Positions 16,114 through 26,169 of a stretch of DNA of 64,000 nt are shown in pieces. The notes under the pieces were generated by a model. That model saw nothing but the letters and a program-made list of their open reading frames with translations, ran no database searches and was not told the origin of the DNA. The translations under genes and the position numbers were made by a program. The stretch comes from an uncultured virus (IMG/VR IMGVR_UViG_3300035034_002688) (Duplodnaviria; Heunggongvirae; Uroviricota; Caudoviricetes): the IMG/VR virus record IMGVR_UViG_3300035034_002688; one strand, given 5' to 3'. Numbering within the stretch: position 1 is the stretch's first letter; each line of letters starts with the position of its first letter.

Positions 16114-19100
16114 ATGGCCTTGACCCCCACCATTGCTCTAGAGGGCGCCTCGACGTTTGCGGAGCGGCTCGCCGTGGTGACCTCGATACGAGACCAGACG
16201 ATCGTAGGAGAGCTGGCGGAGGCCGTGGTAGACATTCAGGTTCGGGTCAACGGAGGGGCGTTTCGCTCGGACGCCTCTCTGGTAGCGTTTGATCAGACGG
16301 GGTTCACGGTCCCGAATCCATCAGCGCTGCCGGAAGGGTTGAGGCTGGCGTTCGGGCCCAACACGATTGAGATCCGCACGGTCGACGTCACGGGAGCGGT
16401 TAGCACTCCCGCCACCGCTCAGATTGAAGTGACGCGCGCCCAAGACCTTGACCTCCTGGTCTCGGCTCCCACCGGTCTGCGTGTCCGCCGTCGCTCCAGC
16501 GCTGTGGAGGTCGTATGGGCGGAGAACCTCGAAACGTCCGTGATCGGGTACAACGTCTGGGCCTCGACGGAGGCCGGTGGAGGTTCAGCGGGATACTTCC
16601 GACTCAACCCCAACCTCATCACCACGCCCGCCTTCTCCGAGGATGAGCTGGTGGACGTGGAGTCGGCTACGCTGACCTACACCTCCACGGCCGGCTCGCT
16701 TCGGATCGCCTTGACCGAGGAGGACTTTGAAGACGTCACCGTGGCGACGGTTGGAAACTTCACCCTGGATACGTCGCTGGCCAGTGACCCCTTGCAGGTG
16801 ACTACGAACGTCCAGTCGATCCAGACCATCATCTACCTCAACTTCGTGCACGACCGGGAAGACAGCGCCACGCTCAACAACGAGCAGTTCGTGGCGATCC
16901 CCAACGATGAGCCTCTCTACTACGTGATCACAGCCCTTGCGCTGGACCCCGTGACCAACCAGCAGGTGGAGAGCGTCTACAGCTCCGAGCTGGTAGGCCT
17001 CCCGCTCGTGCTGGATACCTCGTTGACTGAGGTGCGACCCAGGACGCGTGAGGAGATCATCCGTGACTACCTCACGACCCTGGTGACCGAGAACAATCAG
17101 ATCAGCGGCATCCCCGGCTCGGTCACTCGCGACATCCACATCGAGCCCCCGGCATCCGAGGCCGAGCGTCTGCACTTCGTGGCAGACTTCGTACGTCGCT
17201 CAAGGTCCTTTGCGACCCTGGTAGCCATTGACGATCTTGATGGAGATGGCATCACCGACGTGACCAACTCCTACAAGGTAGCTCTCCAGGCTTCCTTGGG
17301 TCTGACCGACCTTGCGGATGTCCAGACGCTCATTGACGACTCCTTCGACGCGCTCGCGTCAAACGTGCAGGTGACCCGTGGCGGCCAGACGCAGGCCGTT
17401 GGACAGGCCGTGTTCTTCACCCGCAGCGAGCCTACCACAGATCGAGTGGTTGAGGCGGGCACGGTCATTTCGACCCAGGGGACACCTGCCATCACGTTCG
17501 AGACGACCGCGCGCGTGGTGCTGCCCTTTGCGGACCGGGAGAGCTACTTCAACCTCTCGACGAACCGCTGGGAGATCGTCTCACCCATCCGTGCCATCAA
17601 CGCCGGCCTCGCTGGGAACGTCACCTCAGGACAGATTGATACGGTGATCGGCTCAGGTACCAGCCTCCAGGTCGTCAACACGGAGGTCACTCGCTTTGGC
17701 CGAGACGAGGAGTCGAACCTGGACCTCGCAGAGCGTGGCATCCTCGCCTTCTCTTCGGTGGACTCGGGTACCGCAGGGGGCTATCTGGCGACCGCGCTCA
17801 AGCAGATCGGAGTCTTCCGGGCCCTGGTGGTCAAGTCTGGCGACGACTCCATGGTTCGCGATTGGGACCCCGTGAGGATGAAGCAGATCGGAGGCAAGGT
17901 CGACGTGTGGGTTCAGGGGAGCGACCTCAACACAGTCACGGAGCCCTTCGCGCTGACGTTTAGCGTCGCGCGTGGCATTCAGTTCGTGCTCGACTCCAAC
18001 CCCGCCGACCTCACCTTCATCACCAACGATCCCCGGATCACCCCGACGAGCCCGATCACTGAGGTGCTGGGAAGCACCGCGTCTCAGATCGCACAGGGCT
18101 TCGCCTTCCGTAACGCGACCACGGCGCAAGACTTCAACCTCACCGGCGTGGTCATTCTGGACTACAACCGCGTCCGGCTCGACTCAGGGCTCGCCCAACC
18201 CGTCCTGGCAGTCAACGACGTGGTGCTCGGGGATGTCCGCTTCCAGTCTGGTGCCTCCTACGAGCCGCGCCGTCAGCCTATCTTCGACGTGGACAGCCTA
18301 CGCTCGACCACCGACAACGTGGCCTTGACCGAGGACAGCAACTTCCGCTTCATTCAGGACGATGACCCTTTGCTCACGGGGCGCTCTCCTCGCGCACAGG
18401 ACCGCATCCTGATCACGCCCGTGGGCGGCGTGCCTTCAGGTGCTCAGGTGCAGGTCAACGACGAGAGGCGAGTCCTGGTAGGCCAGAACCCCGTCGCGTT
18501 GGCCAACCTGGGAACCAACAGCCTCACGGTACGAGTCTTCGACCTCACACGCACCGTGGAGTACGCCGGGCCGTCTGCGGCCAGCCCCGACTTCTTGCTC
18601 GTTGAGGGAGACGAGAGGACCCCTGTGAGGCTCCAACGCGTAGCCAGTGGGCTCATCGGCAACGGTGAAGAGGTCTCGGTCGACTACCTCCATGACGAGA
18701 ACTTCGAGCTGGTCTATTCGGTCAATGATCTCCCGGCGCGCGTTCAGAGTGCGGTGGACATCCAGTCGCACGTCACCGCTGACGTACTGGTCAAGAGCGC
18801 TATCCCTCTTGAGGTCGACCTCGAAATGACCGTACGTCTCCAGGACTCAGCCTCTCAGGCGGTCGTGGACGCAGCCCTGAAGACCCAGATCTCCCAGCTC
18901 CTCAACTCCAAGGGGATCGGAGAGGGCATCTACCAGTCCGACGTGGTGCGTGTGGTCGAGAATACGGCTGGCGTGATCTTCGTGGTGGTGCCCTTCGCGC
19001 GCATGGCGGCCGCTGACGACGCTCTAATCGTTCGCGAGACCCTGAACACGGCCTCGACCTTCCTGGAGCAGAGAGGGGCAGTGAAGGCGTACCTGCTCAC

Positions 19101-19512
19101 GGACGCGCTGGACTACCCGACCACGGACGGCGGGGGACCGGTAGACAGCGCGCGCGGGATCTTCGTGGACACGCAGGCCCGTACCCTCGTGGACACATAC
19201 GATGAGCTGTTTGTGAGCGGGACGCGCGCGCTTATCCTCGGCAACCTGGGACGCGCCATTCCAGGGTACTCGGACGACGTGACCTTGACAGCTCAGGGCT
19301 TCACGACACCTGAAGAGCGAGACCAGGAGCGATCACGCTTGACCGCCAACAAGGTCCTCGTGAGCTTGCCCGATGGCAGCGTGCCGGATCTCTTCTCGTG
19401 GGCGGCGACGTACGTAGTATCTGGCGACTCGGGAGCCACGTCTATCGTCCCCAGCCCGATCAGCTACGTTGAGCTTGGCGACCTCTCCATCACCTACACC
19501 AAGTCCACGTAA
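16114..19512 (+). CDS. Baseplate J-like protein (1132 aa)
   Basis: PGSVTRDI, ALASNVQVTR...AVGQAVF, AGTVIST, AINAGLAGNV, GRDEESNLDLAER, GKVDVWV, IGEGIYQSDVV motifs. Confidence 0.82.
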   Translation: MALTPTIALEGASTFAERLAVVTSIRDQTIVGELAEAVVDIQVRVNGGAFRSDASLVAFDQTGFTVPNPSALPEGLRLAFGPNTIEIRTVDVTGAVSTPATAQIEVTRAQDLDLLVSAPTGLRVRRRSSAVEVVWAENLETSVIGYNVWASTEAGGGSAGYFRLNPNLITTPAFSEDELVDVESATLTYTSTAGSLRIALTEEDFEDVTVATVGNFTLDTSLASDPLQVTTNVQSIQTIIYLNFVHDREDSATLNNEQFVAIPNDEPLYYVITALALDPVTNQQVESVYSSELVGLPLVLDTSLTEVRPRTREEIIRDYLTTLVTENNQISGIPGSVTRDIHIEPPASEAERLHFVADFVRRSRSFATLVAIDDLDGDGITDVTNSYKVALQASLGLTDLADVQTLIDDSFDALASNVQVTRGGQTQAVGQAVFFTRSEPTTDRVVEAGTVISTQGTPAITFETTARVVLPFADRESYFNLSTNRWEIVSPIRAINAGLAGNVTSGQIDTVIGSGTSLQVVNTEVTRFGRDEESNLDLAERGILAFSSVDSGTAGGYLATALKQIGVFRALVVKSGDDSMVRDWDPVRMKQIGGKVDVWVQGSDLNTVTEPFALTFSVARGIQFVLDSNPADLTFITNDPRITPTSPITEVLGSTASQIAQGFAFRNATTAQDFNLTGVVILDYNRVRLDSGLAQPVLAVNDVVLGDVRFQSGASYEPRRQPIFDVDSLRSTTDNVALTEDSNFRFIQDDDPLLTGRSPRAQDRILITPVGGVPSGAQVQVNDERRVLVGQNPVALANLGTNSLTVRVFDLTRTVEYAGPSAASPDFLLVEGDERTPVRLQRVASGLIGNGEEVSVDYLHDENFELVYSVNDLPARVQSAVDIQSHVTADVLVKSAIPLEVDLEMTVRLQDSASQAVVDAALKTQISQLLNSKGIGEGIYQSDVVRVVENTAGVIFVVVPFARMAAADDALIVRETLNTASTFLEQRGAVKAYLLTDALDYPTTDGGGPVDSARGIFVDTQARTLVDTYDELFVSGTRALILGNLGRAIPGYSDDVTLTAQGFTTPEERDQERSRLTANKVLVSLPDGSVPDLFSWAATYVVSGDSGATSIVPSPISYVELGDLSITYTKST

Positions 19513-19523
19513 GGGAGGCCTTC

Positions 19524-20807
19524 ATGGCCAACAGCTTCCAGGGAGGCCGTCAGACACCAACCCCTCTCGTCGAGAGTGGTAAGGGATACGACCGCGCGCT
19601 CGCCGCCCGTGGGCGCGCGATCACCAGCGCGCTCATGAACCTCCTCCCTTCAAACTACGAATCGACCGTCATAGGGCCCAACTACACGCTCTTCCTCAAG
19701 GCGTTCGGAGTGGAGCTGGCGAGGGTCACCCTCGTGCTGGAGCGGGTAGCCGAGGGGATGAGCTTTGAGCGGGTCCCTTCGGAGTTCCTTTGGGAGACGC
19801 TGGGCTACCTCGTCTTCCTGAACGGGCAGATCCCCGACCTGGGATTTGACGATGAGAGCTTCCGCGCGTTCCTGCTCGCGGTCGTCAGGATCTACTTCCA
19901 GGGCTCGACCCCTGAGGCCATCGCGGAGGGTATCGCGTTGTTTACAGACGCGACGTTCACGATCCGAGAGCTGTACGAAGAGGCTCAGGACCCCGGTTCC
20001 ATCTACGACATCTCCGACCAGTTCGGCTTCCTCGTGGACTTCGAGGTCCAGGGGCAGTTCCCCACCAACCCCTTCGAGCTGGATGCAAACACGAGGCTCC
20101 TGCTCGAAATCATCCGGCCGGCGCACACGCTCTACCGCCTACGCTTCGTCTTTGGTGAGGACGTGGGGGAGATCATCCGGAACATCACCGACGACCTCTC
20201 CTGGGAACTACGCGTCTACCACTACGAGGAGGTTCGCAAATACTGCGAGGGTCTTCTGGGGTTCACCTCTTCCACCGGTGCCGTTGCCTCGCCCAACCTC
20301 AACCTGATCACCGACCTCAACCACCTCCTGGAGTCCGTCCACGCTGGAGCCCGGCTTACGGTGTTCTCCGGGCCCAACACGGGCATCTACGAGGTCGTCA
20401 GTGTGGTAGGTTCTGCGCTAGACGTCTACCCTCCCTTGCGGGTGCCGCAGACCGACATCGCCTACAAGGTCGAGAGGGATCGTCTGGGGCACAAGAAAGA
20501 GATCTCGGTGGTGGGAGAGGTGGGCCGAACGTCCATAGCCCCCTCCAGGCTCGTGGCTGATGCGGGAGGTCCGTACTCCGTCGCGTCTTCAGGCTCAGTG
20601 GTCTTGGCACCTGTGATCACAGGCGCAGCCGGGGCGTTGACCTATGCGTGGGACCTGACGGGCGACAACGTGTACGACGACGCCCTCATCGAAACGCCTA
20701 CCTTCACGGCAGGGGTCGGCCCAGACTCTCAGGTGGTGTCTCTACGCGTCGTGGACGATCTTGGGAGAGAGACCAAGGCCTTCGCTACCATCACCATCCT
20801 CCCCTGA
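19524..20807 (+). CDS. Baseplate/tail protein I-like with C-terminal PKD-like domain
   Basis: LMNLLP, IYFQGST, IIRPAHT; C-terminal ADAGGPY...YAWDL.GD...LRVVDD.G; follows baseplate J. Confidence 0.7.
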   Translation: MANSFQGGRQTPTPLVESGKGYDRALAARGRAITSALMNLLPSNYESTVIGPNYTLFLKAFGVELARVTLVLERVAEGMSFERVPSEFLWETLGYLVFLNGQIPDLGFDDESFRAFLLAVVRIYFQGSTPEAIAEGIALFTDATFTIRELYEEAQDPGSIYDISDQFGFLVDFEVQGQFPTNPFELDANTRLLLEIIRPAHTLYRLRFVFGEDVGEIIRNITDDLSWELRVYHYEEVRKYCEGLLGFTSSTGAVASPNLNLITDLNHLLESVHAGARLTVFSGPNTGIYEVVSVVGSALDVYPPLRVPQTDIAYKVERDRLGHKKEISVVGEVGRTSIAPSRLVADAGGPYSVASSGSVVLAPVITGAAGALTYAWDLTGDNVYDDALIETPTFTAGVGPDSQVVSLRVVDDLGRETKAFATITILP

Positions 20808-21222
20808 TGCTCTTGAGGGCGTGGTAGGTCATGTGCCATTTCCAGTCTTCAAACCAGAACTCACGCTCCTTCATCTCCCGGTAGTTGGGGTCGGAGCTGT
20901 GGGCGGAGACAGGGCAGAACTCGGAGGTTGGGCAGACAGCGGAGACCGCAGAGCGAACAATTCCGAAGATCTCATGCCAAGCACGGTTTGGGTCGTCCTC
21001 ACGGGGTAGGTGGGAGGCCCGCCAGCAGGTAGACACGACGTAGTACGTCTTCTCAGCCGGAGGTAAAACCCCACCGGTGTGCCTAGTTATAAGTCGCAGG
21101 TCTCCAGGCGATGCCTCTCTTCGGAAGTAGGCTCCAATCGCTTCAAGTCTCCGGATCAGATTTTCCTGATCCGCTTTTTCCAGGCCTCGGACCCAGGGGT
21201 CAGACTCCCAGAGGTCGAGCAC
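20791..21222 (-). CDS. Hypothetical protein
   Basis: 143-aa ORF filling the gap between two plus-strand genes. Confidence 0.5.
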   Translation of the reverse strand: MLDLWESDPWVRGLEKADQENLIRRLEAIGAYFRREASPGDLRLITRHTGGVLPPAEKTYYVVSTCWRASHLPREDDPNRAWHEIFGIVRSAVSAVCPTSEFCPVSAHSSDPNYREMKEREFWFEDWKWHMTYHALKSIRGGW

Positions 21223-21286
21223 AATAATCTTCTTGTAAGAGCGGGTGAGTGTTGACTACCAAGACCCCCCTTCGGAGAATCCCCAC

Positions 21287-22327
21287 ATGTCCCACGTCAA
21301 GCTGGCTCAGCGTGTCGCGTACCTCTACTCCCACCGCCACGCCGCGCAGTTCAAGTATGCGGGGCCTCTCACCGACGTGAGCAAGCTCCGGTACCAAGCG
21401 GTGTTCCTGATGGGGCCTGCGGGGTCGGGCAAGTCGTACCTCGTGGACGGCATGTATATGAAGTACATGCCCGGAGCCCCTCCGGAGGGCGTCAAGAGAG
21501 AGAACCTGTCCAAATACTTTGAGCGTGATCTTAGCGAGGCCGAGCGAGGCCTCACCAACGTCACCTTTGACAAGGCCGTGGAGTCGCTCCGTTCTCGGGG
21601 ATTCGAGATTGAGTTGGCCCAAGGAGGAGGAAGCGCGCGTATCCCCTTCCGCCTCTACACCTACGACGAGACGGGAGGTGAGGCCCTGATCGACCCTTCG
21701 GACTATGGTAACGCCCTCCCCAAAGACATTTACCAGGAGGTCAAGGAGCTGGAGTCTGTGATCTATCGCGCTCCCAAGCGTGAGCTGCCCTCATACTGGC
21801 GTCAGGTGAACCCGGACCTCTACAAGGAGGAGCTTATAGGTTACCGAGAGGGTCAGCCGGGCTTTGTCCATGAGATGTCTTCTCAGATGTCGAAGGGCTA
21901 CTTCGCGGCCGCTCTTGAGTCCGGAGATCCGATGGTCGTGGACGGTACGGGCACGAACCTGCGCAAGATGACCCGGCAGATCGCGGAGGCGAAGGCCGAG
22001 GGATATCAGACCAGCGTGGTCTACGTCTACGTACCTTTGACCATCTCCCTTCTGCGCAACGCAGCCAGGGCGCGCAAGGTAGACCCCTTCGTCGTCTTGA
22101 ACCAGTGGAAGGCTGTACACAAGAACTACCCCAAGCTCCGTGGCTTCGCAGACAAGGCCAAGCTCATCGACAACTCCAACCCTTCCTACGATGCCAAGCT
22201 GTACCAGACCAAGGGGGAGGGTGTAGACCAGTTCATGCGTCAGAAGACCAACATGTCCCTCGCGGAGTTCGTCATGGCCGAGGCGCCACAGGAGCGCTCG
22301 GTGCTCAAGAAGTTGGGCGCTCTCTGA
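21287..22327 (+). CDS. Zeta-toxin-like / AAA_33 P-loop kinase
   Basis: AVFLMGPAGSGKS, VNPD, VVDGTG, SLLRNAARARKV, IDNS motifs; likely start MSHVK after GGAG (alternative GTG at 21245). Confidence 0.78.
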   Translation: MSHVKLAQRVAYLYSHRHAAQFKYAGPLTDVSKLRYQAVFLMGPAGSGKSYLVDGMYMKYMPGAPPEGVKRENLSKYFERDLSEAERGLTNVTFDKAVESLRSRGFEIELAQGGGSARIPFRLYTYDETGGEALIDPSDYGNALPKDIYQEVKELESVIYRAPKRELPSYWRQVNPDLYKEELIGYREGQPGFVHEMSSQMSKGYFAAALESGDPMVVDGTGTNLRKMTRQIAEAKAEGYQTSVVYVYVPLTISLLRNAARARKVDPFVVLNQWKAVHKNYPKLRGFADKAKLIDNSNPSYDAKLYQTKGEGVDQFMRQKTNMSLAEFVMAEAPQERSVLKKLGAL

Positions 22328-22349
22328 GACCTTGACCCGACTACGCAAG

Positions 22350-22391
22350 AAGAGGCCCTCCTGAATCAAATCAGGAGGGCCTCTTGTTTTT
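22350..22391. terminator. Intrinsic (probably bidirectional) terminator
   Basis: AAGAGGCCCTCCTGA-ATCAAA-TCAGGAGGGCCTCTT then T run, between convergent genes. Confidence 0.85.
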
Positions 22392-22672
22392 CACGCCCAC
22401 AGCGGCCGTTTCTTCTCACACATGAAGTCCACGGACAGCCCCTCTCGGACCCTGACCAGCTCCTCCCGGTCAAACACATCATCGACGAAGACGGCCTCCT
22501 TCATCTTCTCTTGCAGGGCTTTATCAGCGGACACGAAGGCTCTTACGGCCTCCTCCAGCTCTGCCAGAACGTCGACTCCTCTCTTAACCCGGTCACGTCG
22601 GGCTTCCACCTCAACATGACCGGCCAGCTCTTCGACCATACAGGCCACGACCAGCTCGAACATTTTTTCCAT
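22391..22672 (-). CDS. Hypothetical protein
   Basis: Start MEKMF after GAGGTG; TTTACG/TGTGGTATA promoter at 22776-22748. Confidence 0.6.
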   Translation of the reverse strand: MEKMFELVVACMVEELAGHVEVEARRDRVKRGVDVLAELEEAVRAFVSADKALQEKMKEAVFVDDVFDREELVRVREGLSVDFMCEKKRPLWA

Positions 22673-22783
22673 TCGGACACCTCTCCGGCAGTCTCTCTGG
22701 CCCCCAGGAGTACCTGAGAGGGCGGTCAAGAACTCTCCGCCACCACTCCTATACCACAAGGAGAGTTTGTCGTAAAAACTTAC

Positions 22784-23212
22784 TCAGGTAGACCAAACGA
22801 CGTCGTACCCCATCACGTAGTAGGAGTAGAACCGAAACACCTCCTTTCTCTTCCCCTGTCGGTAGTGGTCCCCGGCCCACGCATCCGCAGATCGGTCCTG
22901 TGGAAAACTCGAATGCTCCAGCAGCTTCGTGCACATCTCAAGCGTCATAAGGTATCCGCGTCCGTTGCTCCAGCCCTTCTCGCAGTCTCTCCAGTAGGTG
23001 TGGTCAAACACACCCTCTTCACCCTTGTCCAGCTCTGCCAGGACCTCCCTCAGGATCTGGATGCACTGTTCATGGTCACAGTCCTCCAACAGCGGGTAGC
23101 CCAGCGCCTTGCCCATCGAGAGCGCCGAACCTCTATGCACGCTCATACTGCTGATAGGCTCCCTCGCGTCTACAAGGCTGCCCGTCGTCTCAACGTCTAC
23201 TGATCTCGCCAT
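22784..23212 (-). CDS. Hypothetical protein
   Basis: GAGG RBS; TTTACT/TGTGGTATA promoter at 23273-23244. Confidence 0.7.
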   Translation of the reverse strand: MARSVDVETTGSLVDAREPISSMSVHRGSALSMGKALGYPLLEDCDHEQCIQILREVLAELDKGEEGVFDHTYWRDCEKGWSNGRGYLMTLEMCTKLLEHSSFPQDRSADAWAGDHYRQGKRKEVFRFYSYYVMGYDVVWST

Positions 23213-23278
23213 GTCCTCACCTCTTGAAGTGGTTGTTGCCTTCCTTATACCACAAGAGAGAGAGGCGAGTAAAGAGAC

Positions 23279-23845
23279 TCAGTTCACGATACCGTCGTGC
23301 GCGTGATCCATGACCGAAACGCTCCAGAACATGAGCAGCGTGTGGAAGTCCGGGAAGACGGTGACGAACACCGGCTCGGCCTGAGCGTGGACGCTCTGGA
23401 GGATACGCGCGCCTGACTTGAAGGGGAGAGGGTCGCTGGGGAGGAGACGAAGCGTGAGCCGGGTGAAGACCTCACGCACTTCAACCTTTTGAAGGGGAAC
23501 CGTGGTCTCCTCATACAGGACGGTCATGTGGTTGTCCTGGTGGCGCAGCATTGGGACGTGTGGGGTCCCGGCATCTTCGCACGGCTTGAGCAGCATGGAG
23601 CGCATGTTCATGTCCGAGACCGCGCTGTTGAGCAGGTTGAGCTTGTTGAGGTACAAGAAGGCCTGCTGGTAACGGTGCACGTGTTGATCAAAGATCTCCA
23701 TGAAGTCTTCGCTGGAAGCCTCCTGGAAGTTTGGCAGCGTGTGTAGAGGGATCTCCTGGAGCTTGTCCACCTGCTGCGAGTAGTTCTCTCGCCACCGCTC
23801 CAGGGTCTGTCTCATCACCGGGTTCTCGTACAGCATCTTCGTCAT
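23279..23845 (-). CDS. Hypothetical protein
   Basis: 188-aa ORF with GGAG RBS. Confidence 0.7.
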   Translation of the reverse strand: MTKMLYENPVMRQTLERWRENYSQQVDKLQEIPLHTLPNFQEASSEDFMEIFDQHVHRYQQAFLYLNKLNLLNSAVSDMNMRSMLLKPCEDAGTPHVPMLRHQDNHMTVLYEETTVPLQKVEVREVFTRLTLRLLPSDPLPFKSGARILQSVHAQAEPVFVTVFPDFHTLLMFWSVSVMDHAHDGIVN

Positions 23846-23899
23846 GGGGGACTCCAGGTCAGGGGGTTACCTGACACAGACCACCAAAACATCACCGTC

Positions 23900-24190
23900 T
23901 TACGCCAGCGCTCGCTTGACAGACGCTCGGACTGCCTTCGCGAACTTCAAGCAGGTCGACTTATCGGGCTGTGTGTACGTCTCGTAAGCCCCGGTCCGGT
24001 GAATCCGGATGCTCCACATGAGCATGTTTACGTCGTACGACACGTCAATGGCGTTGAACGTCCTTACATGCCAGGACGTCTCGATCCTGCCGTTGGCGGG
24101 GTTGGCCATCGGGCCCGAGATGACCACGAGAGGTCCCTCAGTCATGATGAGGTTCTCGCCTATCGTTGTTGCTTTTCCGTCCATGTTCAT
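23900..24190 (-). CDS. Hypothetical protein
   Basis: 96-aa ORF with GGAG RBS. Confidence 0.6.
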   Translation of the reverse strand: MNMDGKATTIGENLIMTEGPLVVISGPMANPANGRIETSWHVRTFNAIDVSYDVNMLMWSIRIHRTGAYETYTQPDKSTCLKFAKAVRASVKRALA

Positions 24191-24221
24191 ATCTCCGTGT
24201 CAGTAAAGGGGTTTATTGAAG

Positions 24222-24938
24222 TCATGGCGCCAAGAAGGAGGTCTCGGGTTGGGGCTCTCCCGTCTCCGAAGGCACGCTCACCAATACTCTGGACGGCCAT
24301 CGCAGCGCTGTCAAAGCTCCCCCTCGCACGCATGAGGTGTCCAGGCATGCCCAGAACGTGTGAGCCTTGGTCTCATTGAGCCAGTAGTGCCCAAAGGCCA
24401 CGAACTCGGGCCCTTCCCACGCCTCCCACCACCGGACGCGCTCGCGCTCAGCATTGACGAGACCGTAGATGCACTCTCGCGTCTCCCCCGGATAGGCGTG
24501 GACACACAACAGGCTGCCCCCATCCACCTCCAGGACGTGCGGGAGGTCCTTGAGCATACAGACGCCAAAGGCTTCCAGCTCTTCGGGAGTATAGCGCTCC
24601 CGGAGCTGTGTGATGGTGCCCTGGAGGCCGTGAGCTATCGTGACCGGGTTGCCCATCATCCAGCGCGCGAGCATGTTGTCGTGGTTGCCCATGACCCACT
24701 CGACACGACCCGCCCTCCAGTTGGTGTATACCAAGTCGAAGACGTCCGCGTTGCTCGGGCCTCGGTCACACAGGTCTCCCAGGAAGACGACCTTGCGACC
24801 TTTTGGATGACTGATCACGCCCTCTTCCAACACGTACCCCAGCTTCTCCAGGAGCTTGAGCAGCTCCACGTAGCAGCCGTGGACGTCCCCTATGACATCA
24901 CATTCGACCAGTTCGTGCCTGTTTACTCGCCTCGTCAT
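24222..24938 (-). CDS. PPP-family metallophosphoesterase (PrpE/ApaH-like)
   Basis: GDVHG, GDLCDRG, GNHD, VHA, FGH, LDTSCVRGGALTAL motifs. Confidence 0.92.
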   Translation of the reverse strand: MTRRVNRHELVECDVIGDVHGCYVELLKLLEKLGYVLEEGVISHPKGRKVVFLGDLCDRGPSNADVFDLVYTNWRAGRVEWVMGNHDNMLARWMMGNPVTIAHGLQGTITQLRERYTPEELEAFGVCMLKDLPHVLEVDGGSLLCVHAYPGETRECIYGLVNAERERVRWWEAWEGPEFVAFGHYWLNETKAHTFWACLDTSCVRGGALTALRWPSRVLVSVPSETGEPQPETSFLAP

Positions 24939-25017
24939 TCGTATTGTCCTTATACTCGATGCTCTACGTAAGGTTCGTATACCTCAACTTACGTCAACCT
25001 GTCAAGGATTCTTCCTC

Positions 25018-25410
25018 ATGTCCAACCAACGTAAGATTGCCCAGCGCGTCGCCCGCCTCGCCGGAGCCCCCCAGGTCCGAACCGCATCCATGGATGCCAT
25101 CATGGATGGCATCAAGATCGTGCGTCAAGGGCGTGATCGAACCCAGAAGGAGCTGAACAAGCTCTCCGAGAAGGTCCGCCGAGAGATGGAGAAGCTTGGC
25201 TTCGAGGTCAAGTCGGTCGCCATCTTCCCGTATAATTCGGGGAGCGATGGTATCCACATCGAAGGGGAGGTGAAGTTCGACTTCGGGCGTGATCAGGAGT
25301 TCATGGAGCGTCACGTCCTCAAAGACCTCCTCTACGACCACATCGGCTCAATGAGCGTGGACATGAACCGCAGCGGAAGCGGTTACGTCCTCACCCTCGA
25401 CTCGAAGTGA
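25018..25410 (+). CDS. Hypothetical protein with N-terminal IAQRVA motif
   Basis: Likely start MSNQRK at 25018; GC3-rich codons. Confidence 0.7.
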   Translation: MSNQRKIAQRVARLAGAPQVRTASMDAIMDGIKIVRQGRDRTQKELNKLSEKVRREMEKLGFEVKSVAIFPYNSGSDGIHIEGEVKFDFGRDQEFMERHVLKDLLYDHIGSMSVDMNRSGSGYVLTLDSK

Positions 25411-25772
25411 GAGCTTCTGACACAGGGGGCACGAGGTCGAGCACTCCTTACCGGGCTGATGATGCGTCAACGCAGGCTTGAGTTCTTTGCGTGGGGTGAC
25501 CCACAGTTCGAGGTCGATGCTGTTCTCGGACCAGGGCCTCGCATCCAGTATGCGTACCCTCCCGAACGCATACTGCTCCTCCCATAGATCACCCGACAGC
25601 CAATGTCCCCACCATCCGATAGTTGGCCCCGCAGGTCGTGACCACAGGGCGGCCTATGTCGCGTGCCGTGATGAACACCATCAATGGCAGCGCCACGAAG
25701 ACGAGGAGACCGGCCACCAGCTTTTCTATTCGATCGCTTCCGTTCATACCACTCTCCTTGAGTGTTGGTGCC

Positions 25773-26129
25773 TCAACCCAGGCTGAATCCCAGCTCTTGG
25801 GCCTTGGCGTGTTTTTCTACGTTGGCAGCGAAGGAGCGCAAGAAGACAACCTCTCCGTTAAGGCGGAGCTGGTACCGATGGTAACCTCCCGCCCCATACA
25901 GGACCGCGACCACCTCATGTTCCATTTCAGGAGGCATCTCATCCTCCTCCCGGAGGAGCGTCTTCCAGGTGCTCGCGACGTCTCGTAACGTCGCTACCTG
26001 CATGGTCTCAGGGATAGAGTGGTCGTCAAGGGCCTCCTGGAACCCCAAAGACTGGAGAGACCGCCAACGCGGCCCCTCCAGCTCTTCGAGCTTGTCCAGG
26101 AGTTTTGGGTCGTCGATAAAGACGCTCAT
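25773..26129 (-). CDS. Hypothetical protein
   Basis: Likely start MSVFID at 26129 after GGAG. Confidence 0.6.
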   Translation of the reverse strand: MSVFIDDPKLLDKLEELEGPRWRSLQSLGFQEALDDHSIPETMQVATLRDVASTWKTLLREEDEMPPEMEHEVVAVLYGAGGYHRYQLRLNGEVVFLRSFAANVEKHAKAQELGFSLG

Positions 26130-26169
26130 CAAGGCTCCGTGGGGGCCCCCGTCAAGGGGCCCGGTGAGG

